Notes: generated from the letters alone by a model not told the origin. A stretch of 64,000 nucleotides of DNA from Thermoleophilaceae bacterium (GCA_036386455.1 DASVVS010000037.1:15713-79712), one strand, 5' to 3'. Shown: positions 1 to 7,364, numbered from the stretch's first letter. A program made the numbers and translations.

Positions 1-203
1 GGGCGCCCGTCGACCACGCAGAGCACCCCGCCGGCGGAGGCCTCGCCGGCCGGCGGTCGCGCGCCGCGCGGCGTCCAGGCGACGCTCAGCGCGCCGCGAT
101 CGGTGCGCTCCGCCTCGCCGTCGGCCGCCAGCGCGCGTTCGAGCGCGGATGCGCGCGCGTCGCCGTGCGGTGCGTACGTCCCCGCGAAGGCGCGCGCGGT
201 CAG
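1..203 (-). CDS. Partial CDS (5' end only, continues past window start): possible asparagine-synthetase-like lasso cyclase (C protein)
   Basis: Open minus-strand frame directly downstream of and overlapping the B2 stop, with very high GC3. It translates LTARAFAGTYAPHGDARASALERALAADGEAERTDRGALSVAWTPRGARPPAGEASAGGVLCVVDGR. The ...VLCVVDGR segment resembles the N-terminal region of AsnB-like lasso cyclases. The start codon is unresolved; an in-frame GTG at 272 would give a 73-nt overlap with B2. Absent from the ORF track because it runs off the window. Confidence 0.35.
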   Translation of the reverse strand, partial: MTARAFAGTYAPHGDARASALERALAADGEAERTDRGALSVAWTPRGARPPAGEASAGGVLCVVDGR

Positions 204-619
204 AGCGTCACGATCTCCTCGAACCCGCTCGTGCCCGGCGGCAGGAGCGGGACGCCCTCGTGCTCCACCCACGCGTGCGCCGCGAAGCGCTCCCCGGGCC
301 GCACTCCGATCACGAGCCGCGAGTCGATCCCGCGCCGCGCCAGCATCCGCGTGAGCGTGAGCGACTGCGCCAGGCAGCGGGTGTCGGCCGGCACGACCGC
401 CAGCGAGCGCCGCACCACCCGGCCGAGACGGCGCCCGGCGGCCACCGTGTCGTCGGTCGCCGCGGGCCGCACGGTCACGGCGCGCTGCGCGGCCACGGCC
501 TCGCGCACGCCCTGCCGCCGCAGGTGCCAGCGCCCGTGCACGTAGGCCGCGAGCACCTCGGCCGCCAGGGCCGCCTTCTCGGGGGCCGAGAGCCGCGTCG
601 TGGTCGCGAGGTCGGACAT
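200..619 (-). CDS. Lasso peptide biosynthesis B2 protein (transglutaminase-like leader peptidase)
   Basis: Internal ATG (cat at 617-619 on + strand) of the shadow-extended ORF 200..1579. 139 aa, MSDLATTTRL... The core RCLAQSLTLTRMLARRGIDSRLVIGV...FAAHAWVEHEG matches the Cys/His signature of B2 proteins. A 5-nt gap follows the upstream kinase stop. Confidence 0.85.
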   Translation of the reverse strand: MSDLATTTRLSAPEKAALAAEVLAAYVHGRWHLRRQGVREAVAAQRAVTVRPAATDDTVAAGRRLGRVVRRSLAVVPADTRCLAQSLTLTRMLARRGIDSRLVIGVRPGERFAAHAWVEHEGVPLLPPGTSGFEEIVTL

Positions 620-624
620 GCCGA

Positions 625-1614
625 TCACGCGCGCATCATCGCGTTCCCGCGGACGCCTCGCATGTGCGCGTCGACCGCCTCGGCCAGCCGCCGCGATCCC
701 GCGGCCGGGTCGATGCCGAGCCAGAACAGCGGCACATCGCGCACCAGCGCGGCGCAGACGTCGAGCTGGTTGCGCAGCCGCTCCGGCGTGCGCACGCCGA
801 GCACGAACGTGCTGGCCAGCAGCATCCGCGGGTCCGGTCGCTCGACCGGCTCGATCGCCGGGCCGCTCGCGCTGCCCGCGCGCAGGAAGTAGACAGCGCC
901 GAGCGGGGCGGCCTCGGCGCGCTCGAGCGCGAGGTAGGTCTTGCCACTGTGGCCGAGCTCGGCGCCCAGGCCGTCCCACGTCGCGGCGGGGATGGCCTCG
1001 CGCTCGGACGGGCGGACGCTGGCGATCGCGGCGCCGGGGTGCGCGACCAAGCCGCCCCCGCCGCGCTCGAGCGCGAGCACGTCGTCGGTGAGGAAGCGCG
1101 CGCCGCGCGCTACGAGCTGGATCGCGAGCGAGGTCTTGCCGGCGCCGGTCGGGCCGACGAACGCGAACGCCCGCCCGCCGACCGCCACCGCGCTCGCGTG
1201 GAACGCCTCGAGCCCGCGCAGCACCGCGGCCCACGGCAGGATCCGGCCGACCAGGAAGCGCTGCCAGTTCCAGGGCTCCACGTCGGGCGGCGAGCACAGG
1301 ATCCGGTCTCCGCTCGGCGACAGCCGCGCGAGCCCGAAGTGCTCGGCGTAGAGGCGGAAGCCGGCCGTCGGGTGGGCGTCGATCGCCCGCTCGGGCTCGG
1401 CCGAGCCGAAGCGCTCCTCCAGCATCCGCTCGACCCCCGTCTCCGGCCAGCCGGCGTCGATCTCCTCGGGCGCCACCAGGTCCGCGCGGGTGCGCCGCTC
1501 GCCCGGCGCTCCGGTCAGCTCGGGCAGTCCGGGGGCCTCGAAGGACAGGTCGATGTCCAGGCCGAACGCGCGCCCCCACCAGCGCGGCGGCGGCGGCTCA
1601 GCCCGAGCTGTCAC
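625..1614 (-). CDS. HPr kinase/phosphorylase-related kinase (HprK-like, RiPP-cluster type)
   Basis: 329 aa. P-loop GPTGAGKTSLA followed by RFLTDDV. Overall resembles the C-terminal domain of HprK as seen in kinase-containing lasso clusters. Overlaps the PqqD gene by 17 nt. Confidence 0.75.
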   Translation of the reverse strand: MTARAEPPPPRWWGRAFGLDIDLSFEAPGLPELTGAPGERRTRADLVAPEEIDAGWPETGVERMLEERFGSAEPERAIDAHPTAGFRLYAEHFGLARLSPSGDRILCSPPDVEPWNWQRFLVGRILPWAAVLRGLEAFHASAVAVGGRAFAFVGPTGAGKTSLAIQLVARGARFLTDDVLALERGGGGLVAHPGAAIASVRPSEREAIPAATWDGLGAELGHSGKTYLALERAEAAPLGAVYFLRAGSASGPAIEPVERPDPRMLLASTFVLGVRTPERLRNQLDVCAALVRDVPLFWLGIDPAAGSRRLAEAVDAHMRGVRGNAMMRA

Positions 1615-1912
1615 CGGACTGCTCGATGAGCCCGCGCTCGGCCAGGGCGCGGCACAGCTCCAGCAGGTCGGGCTCGATCACCTCGCGCGGCTGCTCGAAC
1701 CTCTCCATGAGCTCCTCCACCGCGGCCTCGACGGTGTCGCTCTCGCCCACGACGGTGAGCATCACGGCCGCCGTGCCGTTGAGGCCGTGGTACATGCCGC
1801 TGTCGAGGTTGAGCACCACCGTCTCGTCGCCGAAGTCGCGGTACACGACGTGGTCGGGCACGCGCAGCCGCGACTCGAGCATCTCCCTGTCGTTGAGTTC
1901 CGAGGCTTCCAT
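1598..1912 (-). CDS. PqqD-family RiPP recognition element (lasso B1 protein)
   Basis: 104 aa. VVYRDFGDETVVLNLDSGMYHGLNGTAAVML...VEAAVEELMERF...DLLELCRALAERGLIE is the typical PqqD/RRE pattern. ATGA overlap with the upstream permease stop. Confidence 0.85.
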   Translation of the reverse strand: MEASELNDREMLESRLRVPDHVVYRDFGDETVVLNLDSGMYHGLNGTAAVMLTVVGESDTVEAAVEELMERFEQPREVIEPDLLELCRALAERGLIEQSGDSSG

Positions 1913-2724
1913 CAGTACTCGATGATCGTTCCCTTTCGGCGGCTACGCGCCAAGGCCCCCCTCAGGGTCAAGATCGACAAAGGAAGCAGAACCACCGTGA
2001 ATCCGACCAGCTTCGCCACGGCCGCGCCGGCCGGCTCCGCGAGCGGCGTTCCGACGAGCACGTTCCGCAGGAGGTCCACGGCCGGCGTGAACGGCTGGAC
2101 GTCCGAGGCCCATTCGATCCAGTCGGGCAGCAGCGCGACCGGGAAGTAGACGCCCGCCAGCAGCGTGACGCCGGTCATCACGAACGTCGCGCCGGCGTTG
2201 GTCCCCTTGAAGAGCACGACGGCCGCCGTGAGCAGCAGCCCGAACGGCGCGAACGCGACGGCGCCGAGCAGGCCGACCGGCAGGGCCAGGACGGCGGTGG
2301 ACCAGCGCACGTTGAGGCTGAAGACCAGGCCCGCGTAGGCGAGGGTGAGGAGCGCCATCGCGAAGGCGAGCAGGAGCGGGAAGAGCAGCAGCGAGGCGAT
2401 CGACCGGACCGGGCCGAACGGCGAGAGCACCATCCGCTCGAAGGTTCCCGCCTGGAGCTCGGCCCTCAGCGTGGCGACGGGCGTGATCAGCGTCGAGGTG
2501 AGCACGGTGAAGATCACGATCCCGACGACCACGAAGGCGTAGTAGTCGTCGGCCGAGCCGAAGCGCGGCGAGGAGACGAGCCGCGAGACGTAGTAGAAGA
2601 GCGTGACGCTCACGGCCGTCGTGAAGAACGTCGTGAAGAAGCGCGTGCGGTAGCTCGCGAAGATCAGCAGGTCGCGCTTGCAGATCGCGCCCGCGGCGCT
2701 CGCCAGTGCCGCCGCGTGCCTCAT
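1912..2724 (-). CDS. ABC-2 type transporter permease
   Basis: 270 aa from the internal ATG (cat 2722-2724) of shadow-extended ORF 1912..4155. About six hydrophobic helices with an ABC-2 (Wzm/DrrB-like) look. ATGA overlap with the ATPase gene. Confidence 0.85.
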   Translation of the reverse strand: MRHAAALASAAGAICKRDLLIFASYRTRFFTTFFTTAVSVTLFYYVSRLVSSPRFGSADDYYAFVVVGIVIFTVLTSTLITPVATLRAELQAGTFERMVLSPFGPVRSIASLLLFPLLLAFAMALLTLAYAGLVFSLNVRWSTAVLALPVGLLGAVAFAPFGLLLTAAVVLFKGTNAGATFVMTGVTLLAGVYFPVALLPDWIEWASDVQPFTPAVDLLRNVLVGTPLAEPAGAAVAKLVGFTVVLLPLSILTLRGALARSRRKGTIIEY

Positions 2725-3434
2725 GTCGCCTCCAGCCGCCCGTTCACCAGCACGTGGGCCGAGTCGATCCCGGGGATCTGCTCCCAGTGGGCCGGCAGGC
2801 AGGCGATCGCCGCCCCGCCGGCGGCCTTGAGCGACTCGATGGCCGCGCCGAGCAGCGCGATCCCCTCGTCGTCGAGGCTCGTGGTCGGCTCGTCGAGGAA
2901 GACCACCCTCGGCCCGTGCAGGAACCCGAGTGCCAGACGCAGGCGCTGGCGCTGGCCCATGGACATGCGGTCCACGCGCCGGCCGAGCAGCTCCTCGAGC
3001 GCGAAGTGGCTCGTCACGCGCTCGGTCGCCTCCCGGCGCTCCGCGCGCGGGATCAGGGCGAGCCGCGCCCACAGATCCAGGTGATGGCGCACCGAGAGTC
3101 GCGCGTAGAGCCCGCTGTTGCCCGCAGAGACGAACCCGGCATTGCGCTGGAACTCCGTGCGATCGCGCTCGGGGTCGAGACCCGCGAGCCTGACGCTGCC
3201 CTCCTCGGGCGCGATGAGGCCGACCCCGATGCGCAGCAGCGTGGTCTTGCCGGTGCCGTTGCGGCCGACGATCGCGATGGCGCTGCCGGCCGCCAGCGTC
3301 AGATCCACGCCCTCGAGCACGACCGGAACGCCCGGCCAGCGCTTCACGATCCCGCTGAGAACGAGCGGAGGCGGCGGCGCCCCCGCGCCGCTGCTCGATG
3401 TCTCCGAATCCGAAGTCACAGCGGCGCTCGCCAT
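2721..3434 (-). CDS. ABC transporter ATP-binding protein
   Basis: 237 aa. Walker A GRNGTGKTT, ABC signature MSMGQRQR, Walker B VVFLDEPT. Confidence 0.92.
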   Translation of the reverse strand: MASAAVTSDSETSSSGAGAPPPPLVLSGIVKRWPGVPVVLEGVDLTLAAGSAIAIVGRNGTGKTTLLRIGVGLIAPEEGSVRLAGLDPERDRTEFQRNAGFVSAGNSGLYARLSVRHHLDLWARLALIPRAERREATERVTSHFALEELLGRRVDRMSMGQRQRLRLALGFLHGPRVVFLDEPTTSLDDEGIALLGAAIESLKAAGGAAIACLPAHWEQIPGIDSAHVLVNGRLEAT

Positions 3435-3525
3435 CCAGCCGCTTATTGGAACACACCCCGGGGGATACGCGCCACCAGCGCGGATTGCCGCATCGCGGGT
3501 GATATCCAGCTTTAATGGTGTAGAG
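3435..3525. promoter_or_regulatory. Divergent intergenic/promoter region between the ABC-B1-kinase-B2 operon and the LPXTG gene
   Basis: 91-nt gap containing the most AT-rich stretch locally (gatatccagctttaatggtgtagag). A TTTAAT (3511-3516) -10-like hexamer lies about 10 nt before ATG 3526, so that mRNA could be leaderless or nearly so. No experimental support. Confidence 0.3.
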
Positions 3526-4044
3526 ATGCACGGATTGCATGGGCGCTACGCGCGACCCGAGGTCGCCGACTACGGGGGGCTGACGAAGATCACGGCGGCA
3601 GGAGCACTGCTGCTCGGCGCCGCCGAGGTCGACGACCTGAGCTTCAGCGCGCCGGGGCAGCCCGGCGGCGGCGGCACGCAGCCCGACCTGACTACGCCCG
3701 GCAACCGCGGCGATGGCGGCGATCCCGGCGGCGACGGGCCGGGCTTCAGTCCCGGCGGCACGCTGGTCGACGGCGCCGAGGTGCAGGGCGAGGCCGGCGC
3801 CGCCGAGGGCGGCGGCACGGGTGACGGCGGCGCGGGCGGCGGCTCGGGTGGCGGCTCCGGCGGCGGGTCCTCGGGCGGCGGCGCCTCGGGCGGCGGCGCA
3901 TCCGGCGGCGGCTCGGGCGGCGGCGGTGGCGGCGAGCTGCCGTTCACGGGCCTCGCCGCGGGCGCGGTCGCGGCGGCCGGCGCGGCGCTCACCGGCGCGG
4001 GGACCGCGCTGCGGCGGGCGGCGCGGAGACGCACCAGGCGCTAG
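3526..4044 (+). CDS. Glycine-rich LPXTG cell-wall-anchor protein with an N-terminal lasso-RiPP-type leader motif
   Basis: 172 aa from the internal ATG of ORF 3118..4044, with high GC3 in this frame. Residues 8-24 YARPEVADYGGLTKITA fit Y-x2-P-x-[LV]-x3-G-x5-T-x. The C-terminus is LPFTG (3937-3951), then GLAAGAVAAAGAALTGAGTAL, then RRAARRRTRR, a canonical sortase sorting signal. Confidence 0.7.
   Translation: MHGLHGRYARPEVADYGGLTKITAAGALLLGAAEVDDLSFSAPGQPGGGGTQPDLTTPGNRGDGGDPGGDGPGFSPGGTLVDGAEVQGEAGAAEGGGTGDGGAGGGSGGGSGGGSSGGGASGGGASGGGSGGGGGGELPFTGLAAGAVAAAGAALTGAGTALRRAARRRTRR
3808..3933 (+). repeat. Coding low-complexity Gly/Ser/Ala repeat (GGGS/GGGAS)n inside the LPXTG gene
   Basis: Residues 95-136 are GGGTGDGGAGGGSGGGSGGGSSGGGASGGGASGGGSGGGGGG, encoded by reiterated ggc-ggc-ggc-tcg/gcc units. 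Confidence 0.8.
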
Positions 4045-4071
4045 CGCTCCGGCGCGCCTTAAGCTCGCCGC

Positions 4072-5589
4072 ATGCCCGACCAGTCGGCGCCCGCCCCGGA
4101 TCGAGCGGCGATCGAGGAGCGCATCGCCCTCGGCGACCGCAGCCTCCGCGAGCACACGGCGCGCGGCACGATCATCAACGCGGCGTTCAGCGTCGGACTC
4201 GCCGGCCTCGGGCTGCTCCGGCAGCTCATCATCGCGGCGCTCCTGACCGCGTCGGAGTTCGGCCTCTGGGGCGTCATCTTCTTCTCAGCCACGGCGCTGA
4301 TCTTCCTGCTCGACGTCGGGCTGAGCGACAAGTTCGTGCAGCAGGCCGAGCGCGACCAGGAGGCCGCGTTCCAGAAGGCGTTCACGATCAACCTCGTCTG
4401 GCGGCTGGGGTTCTTCCTGATTTCCCTCGCGACCCTGCCGCTCTTCGCCGAGCTGTACGGCCGGCCCGAGATCGTCGTCCCCGGCATGGTCCTGTCGCTC
4501 GCGGTGATCGGGTCCGCGCTTCAGTCGCCGCTATGGATCTTCTATCGCGAGATGCGGTTCGCGCGCCAGCGCGCGCTGCACTCGATCGATCCGGTCGTGG
4601 GGCTCGTGGTAACGGCGATCCTGGGCGCCGCCGGCGCGGGCTACTGGAGTCTGATCATCGGGGGCGTGGTGGGTATCTGGGCCTCCGGCATCGTCGCGCT
4701 CGTCGCTTGCCCGTACCCGCTGCGCTGGCGGTTCGAGCGGCGGCTGTTCGGCGAGTACTTCTCGTTCTCGTGGCCGATCGTGCTCGCGTCGGCGAGCGGG
4801 GTGGCGATGGTCCAGCTGGCGATCATCGTCGGAGAGGACACGGTCGGGCTCGCCGGCATCGGGGCGATCGGCCTCGCGGCGCAGGTCGGGCGCTTCGCCG
4901 AGCGCGTGGACCAGATCGTGACCCAGACCGTGTACCCGGCGATCTGCGCGGTGCGTGACAGGACCGACCTCCTGTTCGAGGCGTTCGTGAAGTCGAACCG
5001 GCTGGCACTGATGTGGGGCATGCCGTTCGGCCTCGCGCTCGTCCTGTTCGCGCCCGACCTGGTGGAGTACGTGTTCGGGGCGAAGTGGGACATCGCGGTG
5101 GGCCTGCTCCAGCTCTTCGGCGCGATGGCGGCGCTGTCGCAGATCGCCTTCAACTGGATGGCGTTCTTCCTCGCGACCGGCAACACGAAGCCGCTCGCGG
5201 TGAACCTCGGGCTGCAGCTCGTCACGTTCGCGGCCGTTGCAGTGCCGCTGATGTTCAGCGACGGCCTGACGGGCTATGGGATCGGGATGGCGTGCGTGCT
5301 GATCGTGGACCTGTGCGTGCGCGCGTACTTCCTGACGCGGCTCTTCTCGGGCTTCCAGATGCTGCGCCACACCGTCCGCGCGATCGCCCCGAGCGTTCCG
5401 GCGGTGGCCGCGGTGCTGGCGATGCGGCTCGTCGAGGGCGGGGGAGAGCGCACGCTCGGGCTGGCCGTCGCGGAGCTCGTGCTGTACGCCGCGGTCACCG
5501 TCGTGGCGACCTGGCTGACCGAGCGTGCGCTGATCCGCGAGGTGCTCGGCTACCTGCGCGGACGGGCCAAGACGCCGCAGCCCGCTTGA
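4072..5589 (+). CDS. Wzx-like oligosaccharide flippase (MOP/polysaccharide biosynthesis protein family)
   Basis: 505 aa with about 12-14 hydrophobic helices and typical Wzx/RfbX architecture. Starts 28 nt after the LPXTG gene stop. Confidence 0.8.
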   Translation: MPDQSAPAPDRAAIEERIALGDRSLREHTARGTIINAAFSVGLAGLGLLRQLIIAALLTASEFGLWGVIFFSATALIFLLDVGLSDKFVQQAERDQEAAFQKAFTINLVWRLGFFLISLATLPLFAELYGRPEIVVPGMVLSLAVIGSALQSPLWIFYREMRFARQRALHSIDPVVGLVVTAILGAAGAGYWSLIIGGVVGIWASGIVALVACPYPLRWRFERRLFGEYFSFSWPIVLASASGVAMVQLAIIVGEDTVGLAGIGAIGLAAQVGRFAERVDQIVTQTVYPAICAVRDRTDLLFEAFVKSNRLALMWGMPFGLALVLFAPDLVEYVFGAKWDIAVGLLQLFGAMAALSQIAFNWMAFFLATGNTKPLAVNLGLQLVTFAAVAVPLMFSDGLTGYGIGMACVLIVDLCVRAYFLTRLFSGFQMLRHTVRAIAPSVPAVAAVLAMRLVEGGGERTLGLAVAELVLYAAVTVVATWLTERALIREVLGYLRGRAKTPQPA

Positions 5590-5611
5590 CGCGTATGTAG
5601 GATCGCGCGCC

Positions 5612-6346
5612 GTGTCATCTCCAACAGAGAACAAGGACCTCGCGGCCGAGGTCGAGCGCTATCCCTGGTACCACACGCTCGAGCTCGGGGACGGCGTGGT
5701 CACGAAGGGGATGTTCGACCACCGTCCGGTGCTCGACCGCTACCCGCTGCCCGACGACCTGAGCGGCAAGCGCTGCCTCGACGTGGCCACGATGGACGGC
5801 TACTGGGCGTTCGAGATGGAGCGCCGCGGGGCGGAGTCGGTCACCGCGATCGACATCGACAGCCCCGAGGACCTCGACTGGCCCGCGTCGCTGCGCGCCG
5901 ACCACGACAAGCAGATGGACGAGACCAAGGCGACCCGGTTCGCGCTCGCGAAGGAGGCGCTCGGCTCGAAGGTGGAGCGCGTGATCCTGTCGGCGTACGA
6001 CCTCTCGCCCGAGCGGCTCGGCACCTTCGACTTCGTCTTCTGCGGCGACCTGCTCCTCCACCTCAAGGACCCGATCACGCCCGTGGAGAACATCAGGAGC
6101 GTCTGCACGGAGAGCGCCGTGATCGTGAACGTGATCAAGAAGTTCCGCTTCCGCGAGGATCATCCGATGGCGGATCTCGACGGGATCGACACGTTCACCT
6201 GGTGGACGACGAACCTCACCGGGCTCGTCCGGATCGTGCGGGCGGCGGGCTTCGCGCGGGTGGAGCCGTCGGAGACCTTCGAGCTGCCCTACAGGGGCGG
6301 CGGCGACTGGCGCGGCCTGCGCGGCGCCGTCCGCGCTTACGTCTAG
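5612..6346 (+). CDS. Class I SAM-dependent methyltransferase (DUF1698/CmoB-like)
   Basis: 244 aa. YPWYHTLELGDGVVTKG... then CLDVATMDGYWAFEMERRGA (motif I-like). GTG start. Confidence 0.75.
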   Translation: MSSPTENKDLAAEVERYPWYHTLELGDGVVTKGMFDHRPVLDRYPLPDDLSGKRCLDVATMDGYWAFEMERRGAESVTAIDIDSPEDLDWPASLRADHDKQMDETKATRFALAKEALGSKVERVILSAYDLSPERLGTFDFVFCGDLLLHLKDPITPVENIRSVCTESAVIVNVIKKFRFREDHPMADLDGIDTFTWWTTNLTGLVRIVRAAGFARVEPSETFELPYRGGGDWRGLRGAVRAYV

Positions 6347-6461
6347 CCGCTCGGCCATCAACGGCAGCGCTCAGAGCACGGCCCCGGCGGGCGTGGTCAC
6401 TTCCGTCCCCTATGAGGACGCAATCGACCCCGGTCAGCTCGGAGGCGGCTTGCGCTTGGCT

Positions 6462-7364
6462 TCAGGAGCCCGCCGGGGCCGGCGGCTCGAACTGCTGGCG
6501 GCTCACCACGCCGTGCTGGCGCGCGGCCTGGCGGGCGAGGTAGATGCGCGTGGCCGCCACGCGGCGGTCGAGGTGCCCGGTCGAGCCGGCCGGCAGCCCG
6601 AGCTTCTGGAAGAGCCGCCCCACCTGCTTCTCGACCGCCTTCTCGCTCTTCCACAGGCGGCGGCCGATCTCCCGGTTGCGCAGCCCGGACGCCACCAGCT
6701 CCATCACGTCGCGCTCGGACTGCGTCAGCTCGAGGTCCTCCTCCTCGTGCGGGTCCGAGCTGAGCTGCCGCAGCAGAGCCGCGTCGAACGTCGAGCGGCC
6801 GCGCAGGACGGTGCGGATCATGTCCACGAAGTCGCGCGCGTCGAGGCGCTCGGCGTGGAAGGCGAGCGCGAAGCGGTCGGCGCTCTGGCCCACGAGCCGC
6901 TTGAGCCCGGCCTCGTCGGCCCGGCGCGCCAGCAGGCAGAGGCCCGTGCGCGGAAACTGCTCGCGTAGCTCACGGAGCGACTCGAGCGCGGACTCGTCGA
7001 GGTGGCCGCCGGCCCACGCGACCACCTCCGCGCCGCTCGACATGAAGCGGCGGGCACGGCTCGCCGAGCCGACGTAGATCGCGTCGATGTCCTGCGCGCG
7101 GTCGAGCAGCAGGGCGGCGCCGCGGACCAGCAGCGGCTCGTCCCCGGCCACGAGTACGACCGGGCGGCGCGGGCCCTCGCCCGCCGCTACCGCGTCCCCG
7201 CGCCGCGCCTCGGCGTCGAGCAGGAGCAGGCTCAGCTCGAGCGCGTCACGGGGCGGAATGCGGGGCAGGTCGGCCGCCGCCAGGAGCGCCAGCCGGGCGT
7301 GCCGCTGCTCGATCGCCCAGCGCAGCCGCTCGTGGGAAGGAGATCCGTGACGGGACACGAACAT
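6462..7364 (-). CDS. LuxR-family transcriptional regulator (C-terminal HTH, atypical N-terminal domain)
   Basis: 300 aa. The C-terminal LTQSERDVMELVASGLRNREIGRRLWKSEKAVEKQVGRLFQKLGL is a LuxR/GerE HTH. The N-terminal region is receiver-like but I could not identify canonical phospho-acceptor residues. Confidence 0.8.
   Translation of the reverse strand: MFVSRHGSPSHERLRWAIEQRHARLALLAAADLPRIPPRDALELSLLLLDAEARRGDAVAAGEGPRRPVVLVAGDEPLLVRGAALLLDRAQDIDAIYVGSASRARRFMSSGAEVVAWAGGHLDESALESLRELREQFPRTGLCLLARRADEAGLKRLVGQSADRFALAFHAERLDARDFVDMIRTVLRGRSTFDAALLRQLSSDPHEEEDLELTQSERDVMELVASGLRNREIGRRLWKSEKAVEKQVGRLFQKLGLPAGSTGHLDRRVAATRIYLARQAARQHGVVSRQQFEPPAPAGS

Noticed and set aside
200-1579. The 459-aa minus-strand ORF treated as a single gene.
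   Set aside because: Only its last 139 codons (from ATG at 619) give a coherent B2-protein sequence. The upstream part overlaps the well-supported HprK-like CDS in another frame and is Arg/Pro/Gly-rich noise.
1912-3434. The ABC-2 permease/ATPase pair as a Wzm/Wzt polysaccharide exporter for the adjacent glycan locus.
   Set aside because: Not excluded, but disfavoured. The permease stop overlaps the PqqD start (ATGA), which ties the pair to the RiPP-type operon. The ATPase also lacks the extra C-terminal carbohydrate-binding extension seen in many Wzt proteins. The glycan locus has its own Wzx/Wzy/Wzz set.
3808-3933. The GGC-rich reiterated tract as a CRISPR array or non-coding tandem repeat.
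   Set aside because: There is no repeat-spacer organisation. The periodicity is codon-level and sits inside a well-supported reading frame.
3570-4034. A 154-aa proline-rich ORF antisense to the LPXTG gene.
   Set aside because: It is the mirror image of the GGC-rich Gly repeat (GCC/CCG codons). The plus-strand frame has the LPFTG/TM/basic-tail architecture, a plausible start context and high GC3.
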